Below, piece by piece: positions 1-10,032 of a stretch of DNA of 64,000 nt. The notes beneath the pieces are model-generated. The model saw only the letters and a list, made by a program, of their open reading frames with translations, had not been told where the DNA came from and searched no databases. The DNA is taken from contig CAXXXD010000002.1 of assembly GCA_963663385.2 (NCBI GenBank), positions 608,001 to 672,000 of the forward strand. The letters run 5' to 3'. Position 1 is the stretch's first letter, and the number at the start of each line of letters is the position of its first letter. The translations under genes were made by a program, and so were the position numbers. Origin of the DNA: Oceanispirochaeta sp. (lineage in GTDB: Bacteria; Spirochaetota; Spirochaetia; DSM-2461).

Positions 1-621
1 GAGTCGGCCACCTGCCTGGCAACCATGCTCCTGACCCAGTGGGGAACCCCTTTTCTCTATCAGGGTGATGAGATAGGAATGATTAATGCGGGATTTGACT
101 CACTGGATCAGTTCCGGGATCCCCACACGACAATCCGGTATACCGAGGCCGAAAGGAAAGGGGAGGATACGGATAAGGTTCTGGCTGATATGATCCTCAA
201 CGGCCGGGACAACAGCCGGACCCCCATGCAGTGGAACAGTTCCCCCCATGGCGGGTTCTCTACCGGCACTCCCTGGATCGGAATGGCCCGGAAATGGGAG
301 GATATCAATGTGGAAGCCCAGCAGAATAATCCCGATTCCATTCTAAGCTTCTATAAAAAAGCCATAACCCTGAGGAAGAGTCAAAGGTGCCTGGCTTACG
401 GCAGTATGCGGATGGAAGAATACGGGGAGGATATTCTGGCTTACCGCCGGGAGTATGAGGGGCAGTCTCTGCTGGTTCTTCTGAATCTGAGTTCCGCAGA
501 AAGGCCGTTAAGTGAGGATGTCGGATGCGATTCCCGGATTATCCTCTCTAACTATACAGCGGCTCAGGATGGGAACTATACTGTTCTCAGGCCCTGGGAA
601 GCTCTTGTCCTTGATTGTTGA
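1..621 (+). CDS. GH13 alpha-glucosidase/oligo-1,6-glucosidase, C-terminal part (5'-truncated by window edge)
   Basis: Frame is open from base 1. Motifs GTPFLYQGDEIGM, GRDNSRTPMQW, GFSTGTPW and NVEAQ..NPDSILSFYKK are typical of GH13_31-like enzymes. Confidence 0.9.
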   Translation, partial: ESATCLATMLLTQWGTPFLYQGDEIGMINAGFDSLDQFRDPHTTIRYTEAERKGEDTDKVLADMILNGRDNSRTPMQWNSSPHGGFSTGTPWIGMARKWEDINVEAQQNNPDSILSFYKKAITLRKSQRCLAYGSMRMEEYGEDILAYRREYEGQSLLVLLNLSSAERPLSEDVGCDSRIILSNYTAAQDGNYTVLRPWEALVLDC

Positions 622-653
622 CTTGATTCCGGGGAAGGGAGTAGGCTGCCTTA

Positions 654-1262
654 ATGAACAGAAAACCGGGAGGGACCGCTGCCGTTCTGGCCGGAGGAAA
701 GAGCCTCCGCTTCGGCCGGGATAAATCCTTTGCCGATTGCAGCGGGGTTCCCATTATCGAGTATATTACCCTTCAGTTGAAGGATCTTTTCGATGATGTC
801 CTGATTATTTCAGGCAGAAAGGATGATTACGGGTATCTGGGATACCCTGTTGTTCCGGACAGGATTCCCGGTATCGGTCCTCTGGGAGGCATACATGCCG
901 CTCTGAAGGAGGGGGCAGACTCTCCCGTTTTTATTACGGCCTGTGATATGCCCTTTGTATCGAAGTCTCTGGTCTCCCATATGAGGAGTCTCCTGGCAGA
1001 ACACCCTTATGATGCGGTTGCGGCGAAACAGAAAGGTTTTCCCGAACCGCTTCATGCCTTCTACTCGCCGGCTTTGTCCCCCGGAATTGAAGCTTTTGCC
1101 GCCCGGGGAGGAAGAAAAATCTCAGAGTTCCTCCAGTCCTGCGACTGCTGTTATATAGAAGAAGCGACTGTTTCAGAAATCTGCAGCCGGGAGAAATCCC
1201 TCCCATTTTTAAATATCAATACAATGGATGACTTTCTTTTGCTGAAAAGGATTTTATCCTGA
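654..1262 (+). CDS. mobA: Molybdenum cofactor guanylyltransferase
   Basis: VLAGGKSLRFGRDK, GPLGGIHAAL, TACDMPF, EPLHAFYS, FLNINT motifs; RBS GGGGAG upstream. Confidence 0.85.
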   Translation: MNRKPGGTAAVLAGGKSLRFGRDKSFADCSGVPIIEYITLQLKDLFDDVLIISGRKDDYGYLGYPVVPDRIPGIGPLGGIHAALKEGADSPVFITACDMPFVSKSLVSHMRSLLAEHPYDAVAAKQKGFPEPLHAFYSPALSPGIEAFAARGGRKISEFLQSCDCCYIEEATVSEICSREKSLPFLNINTMDDFLLLKRILS

Positions 1263-1309
1263 GCTGTTCCGGATTATACTGAACATAAGATCACCTCCAG
1301 GGAGTTATC

Positions 1310-2299
1310 ATGAAAATCGGTATAATCGGCTGCGGAATTATCACCCGGGAAGCTCATGTCCCGGCTATCCTTAAAATGGGAGATAAAATAGATGTTATCG
1401 CCCTATGCAACCGTTCCCTACCCAAAGCGGAAAAAACGGCGGAGCTTCTGAACGATCCGACCCTGCCCCTGTATACGAGCTGGCATACCATGATAGAGAA
1501 GGAGCCGGATCTGGAAGCTGTTCTCGTATCCCTGCCTATTCCCCTGAACTACCCGGTCAGCCGGGATTGTGTTGCCGCCGGTCTGAATGTTCTTTGCGAG
1601 AAGCCAGCCGGGATAAACGGGAGTGAGGCTGAGTTGACCCTTGAACTGAACCGGGATAAGGGGCCTTACTTTATGACGGCCGAGAATTTCCAGTTCCATC
1701 CGGGGATGCTAAAAGCAGTCGAGCTTATTCATGACGATCTTATCGGGGAGCTGCACTCCCTTCAATGGAATGTCTTTCAGTTTATGAAGGTGGATAATAA
1801 ATTCAATCAGACCGAATGGCGGAATCATAATGCCTATCCCGGAGGGTATGTGATGGACGGGGGGGTGCATTTTATCCACGCTCTGCAGATGCTGGCCGGA
1901 CCGGTTATTTCTGTTATCGGCAAAACCGGAAGTATCAATCCCCGCCTGGGAACCATGGATATGGGATTCGCTCTGCTTACCCATAAATCGGGAGCTGTCA
2001 GCTCTCTGAATATGGGCTGGCAGCACGGATCGGAAAAGGAACCCATTAAAATATTCGGAAGAACCGGATCACTTATTATTAAGGAGACAGAAGTTCTTCA
2101 TCTGGATTCCGAAGGCACCGTTACATCCTGCCCTGTGGATGAGGATGATTCTTTTTATGGCGAGTGGCTGGATTTCTATCAGGTTATCACGGATAAAAAG
2201 GAGCCCGAACTGTCCCAGCAGACGGCTGTCAGGGATGTTAAGGTAATTGAGGCTTTAATCCGGTCGCAGGAAGAGGGTGGAGAGGTATTCCTGGATTGA
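1310..2299 (+). CDS. Gfo/Idh/MocA family oxidoreductase
   Basis: KIGIIGCG Rossmann start, VLCEKP, GGYVMDGGVHFIH. Confidence 0.9.
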   Translation: MKIGIIGCGIITREAHVPAILKMGDKIDVIALCNRSLPKAEKTAELLNDPTLPLYTSWHTMIEKEPDLEAVLVSLPIPLNYPVSRDCVAAGLNVLCEKPAGINGSEAELTLELNRDKGPYFMTAENFQFHPGMLKAVELIHDDLIGELHSLQWNVFQFMKVDNKFNQTEWRNHNAYPGGYVMDGGVHFIHALQMLAGPVISVIGKTGSINPRLGTMDMGFALLTHKSGAVSSLNMGWQHGSEKEPIKIFGRTGSLIIKETEVLHLDSEGTVTSCPVDEDDSFYGEWLDFYQVITDKKEPELSQQTAVRDVKVIEALIRSQEEGGEVFLD

Positions 2300-2394
2300 C
2301 ATAACCCGTCTATGACAATAGGCATGAAAGCAGGGGACTTATAGATTCACTTTAAGCCGTTCTGACCTTCGGGAAAGAGAAATAATAATTTTGA

Positions 2395-2423
2395 TTGACG
2401 ATTCCGGAAAAGGATAGTATTAT
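2395..2423 (+). promoter_or_regulatory. Sigma-70 promoter upstream of the phytase gene
   Basis: TTGACG (2395-2400), 17 bp, TATTAT (2418-2423). Confidence 0.65.
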
Positions 2424-2424
2424 T

Positions 2425-2440
2425 ACTTAAACGTTTTCGT
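2425..2440. promoter_or_regulatory. LacI-family operator O1
   Basis: ACTTAAACGTTTTCGT with central AAACGTTT core, directly after the -10 box; 14/16 identical to the site at 4393. Confidence 0.7.
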
Positions 2441-2456
2441 AAAGTTTGGATTTCAG

Positions 2457-2474
2457 TGAGCACACGTGTGCTCA
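2457..2474. repeat. Perfect 18-bp palindrome
   Basis: TGAGCACACGTGTGCTCA read directly. Confidence 0.9.
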
Positions 2475-2800
2475 AAAGTGAGATTTTTACTGGTTATTTT
2501 TAATAGTTAAATTTAATATTCTCTTTAAACTATTATTGTGTAAAAACATAGAAGGAGTCTGGTTTCTCTCTGCGATATATATAAGACCAGCAAAAAGCCG
2601 GTATAAAGCAGCTTCGTGAAATTTGCTTTTCCATCCCGTGATCTGAAGAGGTTAATTTATGCAACAGTAAACAAATGTATATTATATGCTTCCCTTTTTA
2701 TTTTCATCCCGAGGATATGCCTGTATCAGCATAGGGTGATACATCGATCAATAGTCATGGTCGAAAAAGATCTTAAATGCACTACTTAAAGGAGATTTGC

Positions 2801-4231
2801 ATGAAAAAAATTACATGGCTGATTTTTCTGATGTTTGTATCAGTATCGGTTTTTGCAACCGGGGTTCAGGATACCGGGAGTATGGAAACAGCGACCAGTG
2901 TCACTGGCCAGGATCTGTATCTGGGATCAAAGGTTCCCTATCCCGGACCGGGTACGGCTGAATTGACACCTCCTCCCGCCGGGTATGAGGCCAATTTTAT
3001 ATACTGGCTGAACAGACATGGTTCAAGGAACCTGTCAGGGTTCAAATATGATAAATCCTGGCTGGATATGATTGCCCTGGCCGAGTCGGAAGGGCAGTTG
3101 AAGGATATGGGCAGGACTGTTAAGGCGGATATCCAGAAAATAGCTGATTATGAAAAAGGAAAATACGGCCTGCTGACCCTGCTGGGGAAAAACGAGCTGT
3201 ATCATATCGGCCAGAGGACAGGCGTTGTTTATAGTGATCTTTTTGACTCGGACAGACCACTGCTTGCCGATGCTACCCGGAAAGAGAGAACTCAAGAGTC
3301 CCGGGACAGTTTCCTGACAGGGCTTCTGACAACGGGATACGAGGGGGAAATTACCTCAACCTACTTTAAAAAAGGGGTGGATCCCTATCTGAGGGCTCTG
3401 GATATTGCTCCTCAATACGATGAATATAAGGAAGAGGGTGACTGGCAGAGAAATATTGAGGCTTTCTCCGAAACGGATGAAGCCAGGGTGATGACCGAAC
3501 GGGTCGTTTCCCAGTTTTTTGAACCGGAGTTTGTGGAGAGGCTGGATAAGGGCGAGTTTGAATTTGTCAGTGAGGAAGATGATACAATAATCAAGAGCCT
3601 GGCAACCGCGACAAACGCTCTGTGGGAAATGTATATCATCCTTCCCGCTCTCAAGGATGACGGTTTTGCCGATGTGGATATGAGCGGGTATTTCAATGAA
3701 AAAGAGCTGCAGTTTTTTGAAAAGGTTCAGAATGCCAAATCATTCTATACAAAAGGCCCCGGAGCTGTTGATGAGGACCCGATTGCCCTCAATATTATGG
3801 CGCCTCTGGCTAAAAGGATGATCAATGAAGTAGACGCTTCCCTGTCGGGAGAATCTCCCTATCTGGGTGTTTTCAGCTTTGCCCATGCGGAAACCGTTGT
3901 TCCCCTTGTCGGTTTTCTGGAAATTGAAGAATCTGCCGTTCCCAGTGACGACATCGCAAAGGCTATTGAGTATTGGGACGTGGCTTATTATGGTCCGATG
4001 GCTGCCAACCTGGAATGGATCGTGTATACCGCAGACGGGAAAGAGCCTCTTGTAAAAATGCTGCTTAATGAAAATGAAACAACATTTGCCAGGTCCATTG
4101 AACCTGTTTCCGGTCCTTACTATAAATGGTCCGATATCCGGGCCTACTATGGTGAAAAGGTTGATAAGCTGGGATTCGGTCTCAATACGACTCTGGAAGA
4201 GAATATTGCAACTCTGGAGACCAGGTACTGA
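2801..4231 (+). CDS. Exported histidine acid phosphatase, MINPP/phytase type
   Basis: RHGSRNL catalytic motif, FAHAET (HAE proton-donor motif of MINPPs), PMAANL; signal peptide MKKITWLIFLMFVSVSVFA. Start set at ATG 2801 after AAAGGAG. Confidence 0.85.
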   Translation: MKKITWLIFLMFVSVSVFATGVQDTGSMETATSVTGQDLYLGSKVPYPGPGTAELTPPPAGYEANFIYWLNRHGSRNLSGFKYDKSWLDMIALAESEGQLKDMGRTVKADIQKIADYEKGKYGLLTLLGKNELYHIGQRTGVVYSDLFDSDRPLLADATRKERTQESRDSFLTGLLTTGYEGEITSTYFKKGVDPYLRALDIAPQYDEYKEEGDWQRNIEAFSETDEARVMTERVVSQFFEPEFVERLDKGEFEFVSEEDDTIIKSLATATNALWEMYIILPALKDDGFADVDMSGYFNEKELQFFEKVQNAKSFYTKGPGAVDEDPIALNIMAPLAKRMINEVDASLSGESPYLGVFSFAHAETVVPLVGFLEIEESAVPSDDIAKAIEYWDVAYYGPMAANLEWIVYTADGKEPLVKMLLNENETTFARSIEPVSGPYYKWSDIRAYYGEKVDKLGFGLNTTLEENIATLETRY

Positions 4232-4362
4232 GATCCTCTGCGTCTTTTCAGAGACAGGATTGAACCCCGATCATGGATCATGAGATCCGGTGTGGTTTCT
4301 TTCCCGATTGAGGATTCTGAATAGGGTGAGATAATGAAAAGGGAAGTTTTTTATATTTTTCC

Positions 4363-4391
4363 TTGACGGCACCAGGAATCGCCTGTACTAT
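4363..4391 (+). promoter_or_regulatory. Sigma-70 promoter of the LacI gene
   Basis: TTGACG (4363-4368), 17 bp, TACTAT (4386-4391); same -35 and layout as the promoter at 2395. Confidence 0.7.
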
Positions 4392-4392
4392 A

Positions 4393-4408
4393 ACTTAAAC
4401 GTTATAGT
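4393..4408. promoter_or_regulatory. LacI-family operator O2
   Basis: ACTTAAACGTTATAGT, 1 bp after the -10 box, the same offset as O1. Confidence 0.75.
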
Positions 4409-4420
4409 ACAGGGAGCCTG

Positions 4421-5428
4421 ATGAGAGTCACCATCAAGGATATTGCAAAAAAAGCGGGTGTTTCCACTGCTGCCGTATCAAAAGCTTTGAATGGCCAGCC
4501 GGATATCGGGGAACGCACAAAAGAGCGGATACTCAGTATCAGCAGGGAACTCGGTTACACTCCGAATATGATTGCCAGGAATCTTGTTACCAAGGGCAAT
4601 AAAACCATTGGTGTTCTGATACCCGATATCTCTACACCGATCTATCCCAGTATTTACAAGGGGATAAATGAAACCGCGGTGAAGTATGGTTATACCCTGC
4701 TTCTCGGCGATACCAAGAGAAGTTTGCAAAGTGAAAGAGATTATATACTGACAATGATGGAGAACAGGGTTTCCGGCCTTCTTGTAAGCCCTGTCAGCAA
4801 CAGTATTGATCATTTGGAGGAGGTTGTAAAAGGACAGATTCCTATCATTTATTTCGGTGGAAAAGTAAATGATTCGATGGAAAATTATATTGGAATCGAT
4901 AACTACCGGGGTGCGATCTTTGCGATGGAACACCTTATGGGGTTAGGGCATCGTGATATCGCTATGCTTTGCGATGATCTGATAACCAAAACCCGACAGG
5001 ACAGGGTGAGCGGCTATAAGTATGTAATGGAAAAAAAACACTGCGAACCCAGGATCCTTGTTAACAGGGACGGTCTGAAAGGACGGGAATGCGGGTATTA
5101 CATCACAAAATCATTGCTGGATGGTGACAGTAAACTGCCAACTGCCATTTTTGCTTTAAATGATCTGATGGCTATTGGTGTTATGGAAGCTTTAAGTGAA
5201 AAAGGAATTCGTGTTCCGGAAGACGTTTCTGTCGTGGGATATGACGATATTTCCTATGCTTCTCTGCCAATGATTGGTTTAACAACAGTCTGGCAGCCAA
5301 AGTTTAAAGTAGGAGAGATGGCAATGGAGCTGCTCTATAACAAGCTGAGAGCCGAGGGCCAGGAAGACAGCAGGAATATTATTCTTGATACGGAGCTTCG
5401 CATCCGGACTTCAACGAAGGCAGTATAA
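4421..5428 (+). CDS. LacI-family transcriptional repressor
   Basis: [36 protein letters not shown] hinge, [11 protein letters not shown]. Confidence 0.95.
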   Translation: MRVTIKDIAKKAGVSTAAVSKALNGQPDIGERTKERILSISRELGYTPNMIARNLVTKGNKTIGVLIPDISTPIYPSIYKGINETAVKYGYTLLLGDTKRSLQSERDYILTMMENRVSGLLVSPVSNSIDHLEEVVKGQIPIIYFGGKVNDSMENYIGIDNYRGAIFAMEHLMGLGHRDIAMLCDDLITKTRQDRVSGYKYVMEKKHCEPRILVNRDGLKGRECGYYITKSLLDGDSKLPTAIFALNDLMAIGVMEALSEKGIRVPEDVSVVGYDDISYASLPMIGLTTVWQPKFKVGEMAMELLYNKLRAEGQEDSRNIILDTELRIRTSTKAV

Positions 5429-5444
5429 TTTTTTTTGGAATAAA

Positions 5445-5460
5445 ACTATAACGTTTAAGT
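5445..5460. promoter_or_regulatory. LacI-family operator O3 (exact reverse complement of O2)
   Basis: ACTATAACGTTTAAGT is the reverse complement of 4393-4408; lies upstream of the PHP gene. Confidence 0.75.
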
Positions 5461-5498
5461 TTTCTAATTCTATGATTATTGAATGGAGGAGCGTCCCG

Positions 5499-6191
5499 AT
5501 GGGAAGCTATAGATACGAAACCCATACACATACAGCTGATGTAAGCAGTTGCGGTCATGTTAAGGCGGACGAAGCCGTGCGGATGCACAAAAAGGCCGGG
5601 TATCAGGGAATGGTTCTGACAGATCATTTTAACGAAGATTTCTTTTCCCGATTCGGATCCGTAAGCTGGGAAGAAAAAATCGATGCCTATATGAAGGGCT
5701 ATATTGTAGCGTTAGGCGAAGCTGAAAAATATGATATGGATATTCTTCTAGGGCTTGAACTGAGGTTTACAGAGAATAACAATGATTATCTTGTCTACGG
5801 GCTTGATGAAGCATATTTGAAAGAGAACAGAGATCTTCATCATTCAACCATTAAGGATTTTATGAAGAGTCTGAAAAACCGCAGTGATGTTCTTGTTTAT
5901 CAGGCACACCCCTTCAGGGACGGCTGCCGTATTGTTGATCCCCTGATTGTGCATGGATTGGAGATCTTCAACGGAAATCCCAGGCATGATGACAGAAACG
6001 AGCTGGCTGCCGAGGTTGCTCTCGATAACCAGATGCTTGTTATTTCAGGCTCGGATTTTCACAGGCCGGGAGATCTGGCTTCAGGCGGGATCCTTCTTGA
6101 TGAAAGGGTTACAAATAATGCCGAATTAATCCGGCAGTTAAAAAAACTGGAATATAAATCATTAGTTAAAAAGGATGTAATATGCGTATAG
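5499..6191 (+). CDS. PHP-domain phosphoesterase
   Basis: ETHTHT, LTDHF, GLELRF, QAHPFR, GSDFH metal-binding motifs; start at ATG 5499 after GGAGG. Confidence 0.88.
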   Translation: MGSYRYETHTHTADVSSCGHVKADEAVRMHKKAGYQGMVLTDHFNEDFFSRFGSVSWEEKIDAYMKGYIVALGEAEKYDMDILLGLELRFTENNNDYLVYGLDEAYLKENRDLHHSTIKDFMKSLKNRSDVLVYQAHPFRDGCRIVDPLIVHGLEIFNGNPRHDDRNELAAEVALDNQMLVISGSDFHRPGDLASGGILLDERVTNNAELIRQLKKLEYKSLVKKDVICV

Positions 6192-6943
6192 ATACGATTC
6201 TATTTGATATGGGCGGAACCCTGGAGGACATCCGCTATTCTGAAGATATAGGATCAAAGGTTGCCGGAAATATTGCCGGTATTCTGGACATTGATCCTGT
6301 CGTGTTCTCTACAGACGGAGATGAGGATTTTTATGAAATCCTTCAAAAGCAGTATGGTGTTTACCGGAAATTCAGAGAAGAAACCATGATAGAAGTTCAC
6401 CCGGCCATGGTCTGGAAGGACTGGATTCTGAAGGATTTTCCAATTCCCGCAGACAGGATTTTTGACCATTATGAGGATCTGGCCTATTTCTGGGAAACTG
6501 AGGTCATCACGCGCCGCTGCAGAGAAGAAGTCCGGGATGTTCTGGACGGATTGAAAAAAAGGAAGATCCGTCTGGGAATTATAAGTAATACAGGCAGTTT
6601 TACACAGGTTCATAAGTCTATTGAGAAATACGGGATTAAGGACTACTTTGAATACATCGCTCTCTCCAGTTCCTATGGCATCCGTAAACCTCACGGGTTT
6701 CTGTTCCGGGACGCCCTGAACCAGATGGGATGTGAAGCATCAAAGACCATGTATGTGGGTGATACCATTTCCCGGGATATTGTGGGTGCCAAAGGAGCCG
6801 GCCTGTTCGGAGCTATCCAAATCAAATCCGGTTTTACCGGATTAAGTGACAAAGGGCATAAGAATGAGCTGGAGCCTGATTATGTTATTCATAACCTTTT
6901 AAAGGTTACCGAAATTGTCGATGGTCTGAATCAGGCCGGATAG
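6182..6943 (+). CDS. HAD-superfamily hydrolase (phosphatase)
   Basis: FDMGGTL motif I, ISNT motif II, RKP, YVGDTISRDIVGA motif IV; overlaps the PHP stop. Confidence 0.9.
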   Translation: MRIDTILFDMGGTLEDIRYSEDIGSKVAGNIAGILDIDPVVFSTDGDEDFYEILQKQYGVYRKFREETMIEVHPAMVWKDWILKDFPIPADRIFDHYEDLAYFWETEVITRRCREEVRDVLDGLKKRKIRLGIISNTGSFTQVHKSIEKYGIKDYFEYIALSSSYGIRKPHGFLFRDALNQMGCEASKTMYVGDTISRDIVGAKGAGLFGAIQIKSGFTGLSDKGHKNELEPDYVIHNLLKVTEIVDGLNQAG

Positions 6944-6973
6944 GGGGGATTTATATGAAACAGGAGGAGCTAA

Positions 6974-8812
6974 ATGGAAATAACAGCCAAATTGCAAAAG
7001 GTTAAAATTCCAGTGAACAAATTAAATTTGTATCTAAACCGTATTAAAAACTATTTTCAGAATGCGCAGAACCTGATCAGTATTCTCTCTATTGCTGTTC
7101 TGATTTATCTGGTTGTTTTCCCTCTATGGGAAATTCTGACAACCACTTTCCAGCTTCAGTTCAGAGATGCTTTGAAACTCGGAATTCCGGAAGGATCTTT
7201 TACATTCCGCTATTGGGCCGCAACATTCGCCAGCAAGATCAGCACGGCCATGTTCTATAAACCCCTTATGAACTCGTTGATGATATCACTGAGTGTTTCC
7301 TTCTTCGGAATCCTGATCGGGGGTATACTGGCCTGGCTTGTCTCCCGGACAGACCTGCCCCTGAAGAAGTTCTTCTCTTTTATACTTGTGGTTGCCTATA
7401 TGGTACCATCCTGGAGTAAAGCGCTGGCCTGGGAGGTCGTATTCAAAAATGACAGAATCGGCGGTTATCCCGGGATGTTCCAGTCTCTGTTCGGAGTCAG
7501 TCCTCCCAACTGGATTTCCTACGGGTTTGTCCCTATCGTTGTAACCCTGTCGCTTCATTATTTTGTATTCTCCTTTCTGCTGATTTCATCGGCCCTTGCT
7601 TCAATCGGTGGGGATCTGGAGGAAATGGCGGAAATTACAGGAGCCAAAAGGACAACCATTTTAAGAAAAATTACTTTTCCCCTTGTACTGCCGGCTATCC
7701 TGTCATCCTTTATTCTGACATTTTCAAAAGCCCTGGGATCATTCGGCGCTCCGGCTTTTCTGGGGATGAAAGTGAACTATTATACTTTGTCCACCATGAT
7801 TTATTCCAATATCCGGAACCGGTTGACCACTCAGGCTTTTACACTGGGACTCGTTCTGCTGGTTGTTGCCAGTTTCACGGTTTACCTGAATCAGAAAGCT
7901 ATAGGTAAAAGGAAAAGTTTCACGACTATCGGAGGAAAGAGTACCAGAACGAATCTTATAAAACTGAAAAAGCTTAAACCGCTTATTACGGCTGCGGTTC
8001 TCTGTTTTGTGATTCTGGGTGTGATGATGCCTCTGCTGGTTCTTATTCTGCAGAGTGTTATGCTGGAATCAGGTGTGTACAGCTTTGATAATCTGACGCT
8101 GCACTTCTGGATCGGAGAAGGAACTCCGGCGATTGCCGATGGTGAGGCGGGAATCTTTCATAATCCCCGGATATGGTCGGCTCTGGGAAATACCCTGAAG
8201 CTGGTGGGAGTCGTATCCCTGATCGCTACTGTTGCGGGATTACTTTTGGGATATATCATCTCCAGGGGCAGAAAGAAAATCAGCGGCAGATTCATTGAGC
8301 AGATTTCCTTCACACCCATGCTGATCCCGTCTATCGCTCTGAGTACGATCTATCTGTCCATGTTTTCCAAGCCCCAGCTGTTTATACCGGTTCTGTATGG
8401 AACCTTTGCTCTGCTGGTACTGATCAGTATTGTCAAGTATCTGCCATTTGCGGTTCGTTCCGGAACCAGCAGTATGATGCAGATTAACACAGAACTGGAA
8501 GAAGCGGGAAAAATTGAAGGGGCATCCTGGACGAGGATATTCAGAAGACTGATCCTCCCACTGGCAAAAGGCGGGGTATTCAGTGCTTTTCTGCTGATTT
8601 TTATCAGCGGGATGAAAGAACTGGCCCTCATAATGCTTCTGGTTACCCCGAAAACTGCAACCTTGACGACATTGACATATTCCTACTCCGAATCGGGTTT
8701 TGAGCAGTTTTCCAATGCAATCACGACGTTAATTATTTTTATCATTATCCTGGTGAATTTTATCGCCAGAAAAGTTAGTAAAGCAGATATTTCCAAGGGA
8801 ATGGGAGGTTGA
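6974..8812 (+). CDS. ABC permease, fused two-domain (FbpB/AfuB-like)
   Basis: Two EAA loops (LEEMAEITGA, LEEAGKIEGA) and about 12 hydrophobic segments. Confidence 0.88.
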   Translation: MEITAKLQKVKIPVNKLNLYLNRIKNYFQNAQNLISILSIAVLIYLVVFPLWEILTTTFQLQFRDALKLGIPEGSFTFRYWAATFASKISTAMFYKPLMNSLMISLSVSFFGILIGGILAWLVSRTDLPLKKFFSFILVVAYMVPSWSKALAWEVVFKNDRIGGYPGMFQSLFGVSPPNWISYGFVPIVVTLSLHYFVFSFLLISSALASIGGDLEEMAEITGAKRTTILRKITFPLVLPAILSSFILTFSKALGSFGAPAFLGMKVNYYTLSTMIYSNIRNRLTTQAFTLGLVLLVVASFTVYLNQKAIGKRKSFTTIGGKSTRTNLIKLKKLKPLITAAVLCFVILGVMMPLLVLILQSVMLESGVYSFDNLTLHFWIGEGTPAIADGEAGIFHNPRIWSALGNTLKLVGVVSLIATVAGLLLGYIISRGRKKISGRFIEQISFTPMLIPSIALSTIYLSMFSKPQLFIPVLYGTFALLVLISIVKYLPFAVRSGTSSMMQINTELEEAGKIEGASWTRIFRRLILPLAKGGVFSAFLLIFISGMKELALIMLLVTPKTATLTTLTYSYSESGFEQFSNAITTLIIFIIILVNFIARKVSKADISKGMGG

Positions 8813-8813
8813 G

Positions 8814-9947
8814 ATGAGCCGTATTGAACTGAACAAAGTAAATAAATTTTATGATAAAGTGCATATTCTGAAAGATGTGGATCTGGTGATTGAACAGGGA
8901 GACTTCATGACTCTTCTGGGACCTTCCGGGTGCGGAAAAACTACCACACTACGGGTGATTTCCGGCCTGGAAAACCCCCAGAGCGGAACGGTCGTTATAG
9001 ACGGGGATGCCGTGGCGGATCCGGAATCCGGTCGGTTTGCGCCCCCTTCCAAAAGGAACCTTAATCTGGTTTTTCAGAGCTACGCTCTCTGGCCTCATAT
9101 GACTGTATTTGATAATGTGGCTTTCGGACTGACTGTTAAAAAGATGGCAAAAGATGAAATCCGGAAAAAAGTCCTGTCCGCCCTTGAAAAGATGCAGATC
9201 AGGGAGTATGCCGAGAGGTATCCTTCCGAACTGTCCGGAGGGCAGCAGCAGAGGGTGGCCATCGCACGGGCGATTGTTTCCCAGCCGAAGATCCTTCTTC
9301 TGGATGAACCCCTCTCCAATCTGGATGCCAAACTCCGTGTCGATATGAGAGCAGAGCTTAAAAGGCTGCATAAGGATCTGAATACGACGATTATTTATGT
9401 TACCCACGATCAGGTTGAAGCACTGACTCTCTCTTCCAAGATCGCGGTCTATTTTGAAGGTGTGCTGACCCAGTGTAACAGTCCGGCGGAAATCTACAAT
9501 AATCCCGCTACTCTTAAAGTCGCTGAATTTATCGGGAACCCCAAGATTAATTTCATAAAAGGCGCTGCAAGGGGTGTTTCCGGCGATAAGATGACATTGC
9601 AGTGTGACTTTGGAGAACTGGTTCTGGAGGACTTGAGTAAACGGGAAAATGGAGTGGAATCCCGAAAGGCTATCGCTGATTCCCCGTTGACCCTTGCGAT
9701 ACGGCCGGAGGATATCCTGATCAGTGTATCCGAAAAACCGGGTTACTTTCCCTGTCAGGTCTCTTCCATTCTCCCTGCCGGGTCGGAGACGCTGCTTGAA
9801 CTGGAACTGGGGCAGTCTACGGTAATGGCCAAGGAGATCGGTTCCAAGAGTTATGAAATGGGAGATACCGTTTGGGCCCATTTTAAGCAGGACAGGCTGA
9901 ATCTCTACAACAATGAAAGCGAGGAACTGATCATCCGGGCTGTCTGA
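8814..9947 (+). CDS. ABC ATP-binding subunit (FbpC/PotA-like, C-terminal TOBE)
   Basis: GPSGCGKT, LSGGQQQR, LLLDEPLSNLDAKLR, YVTHDQ. Confidence 0.95.
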   Translation: MSRIELNKVNKFYDKVHILKDVDLVIEQGDFMTLLGPSGCGKTTTLRVISGLENPQSGTVVIDGDAVADPESGRFAPPSKRNLNLVFQSYALWPHMTVFDNVAFGLTVKKMAKDEIRKKVLSALEKMQIREYAERYPSELSGGQQQRVAIARAIVSQPKILLLDEPLSNLDAKLRVDMRAELKRLHKDLNTTIIYVTHDQVEALTLSSKIAVYFEGVLTQCNSPAEIYNNPATLKVAEFIGNPKINFIKGAARGVSGDKMTLQCDFGELVLEDLSKRENGVESRKAIADSPLTLAIRPEDILISVSEKPGYFPCQVSSILPAGSETLLELELGQSTVMAKEIGSKSYEMGDTVWAHFKQDRLNLYNNESEELIIRAV

Positions 9948-9969
9948 TAGTTTTTATATCATAAGGGTT

Positions 9970-10001
9970 TCAGGGGGATGCTCTACGGGTTGTCTCCCTG
10001 A
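9970..10001 (+). other. Intercistronic stem-loop
   Basis: TCAGGGGGATG...TGTCTCCCTGA pairs with G-U wobbles; no U tract follows. Confidence 0.4.
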
Positions 10002-10032
10002 TAAATAATAAGAATTTTAAAAGGAGTATTTT

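Noticed and set aside
1310..2299. Calling the Gfo/Idh/MocA gene iolG and part of the phytate regulon
   Set aside because: The family is broad, no LacI operator is visible upstream, and it is separated from the phytase gene by a promoter region.
8949..9881. 310-aa antisense ORF (similarly 29411-30310)
   Set aside because: Shadows of the ABC ATPase and UroD-family genes.
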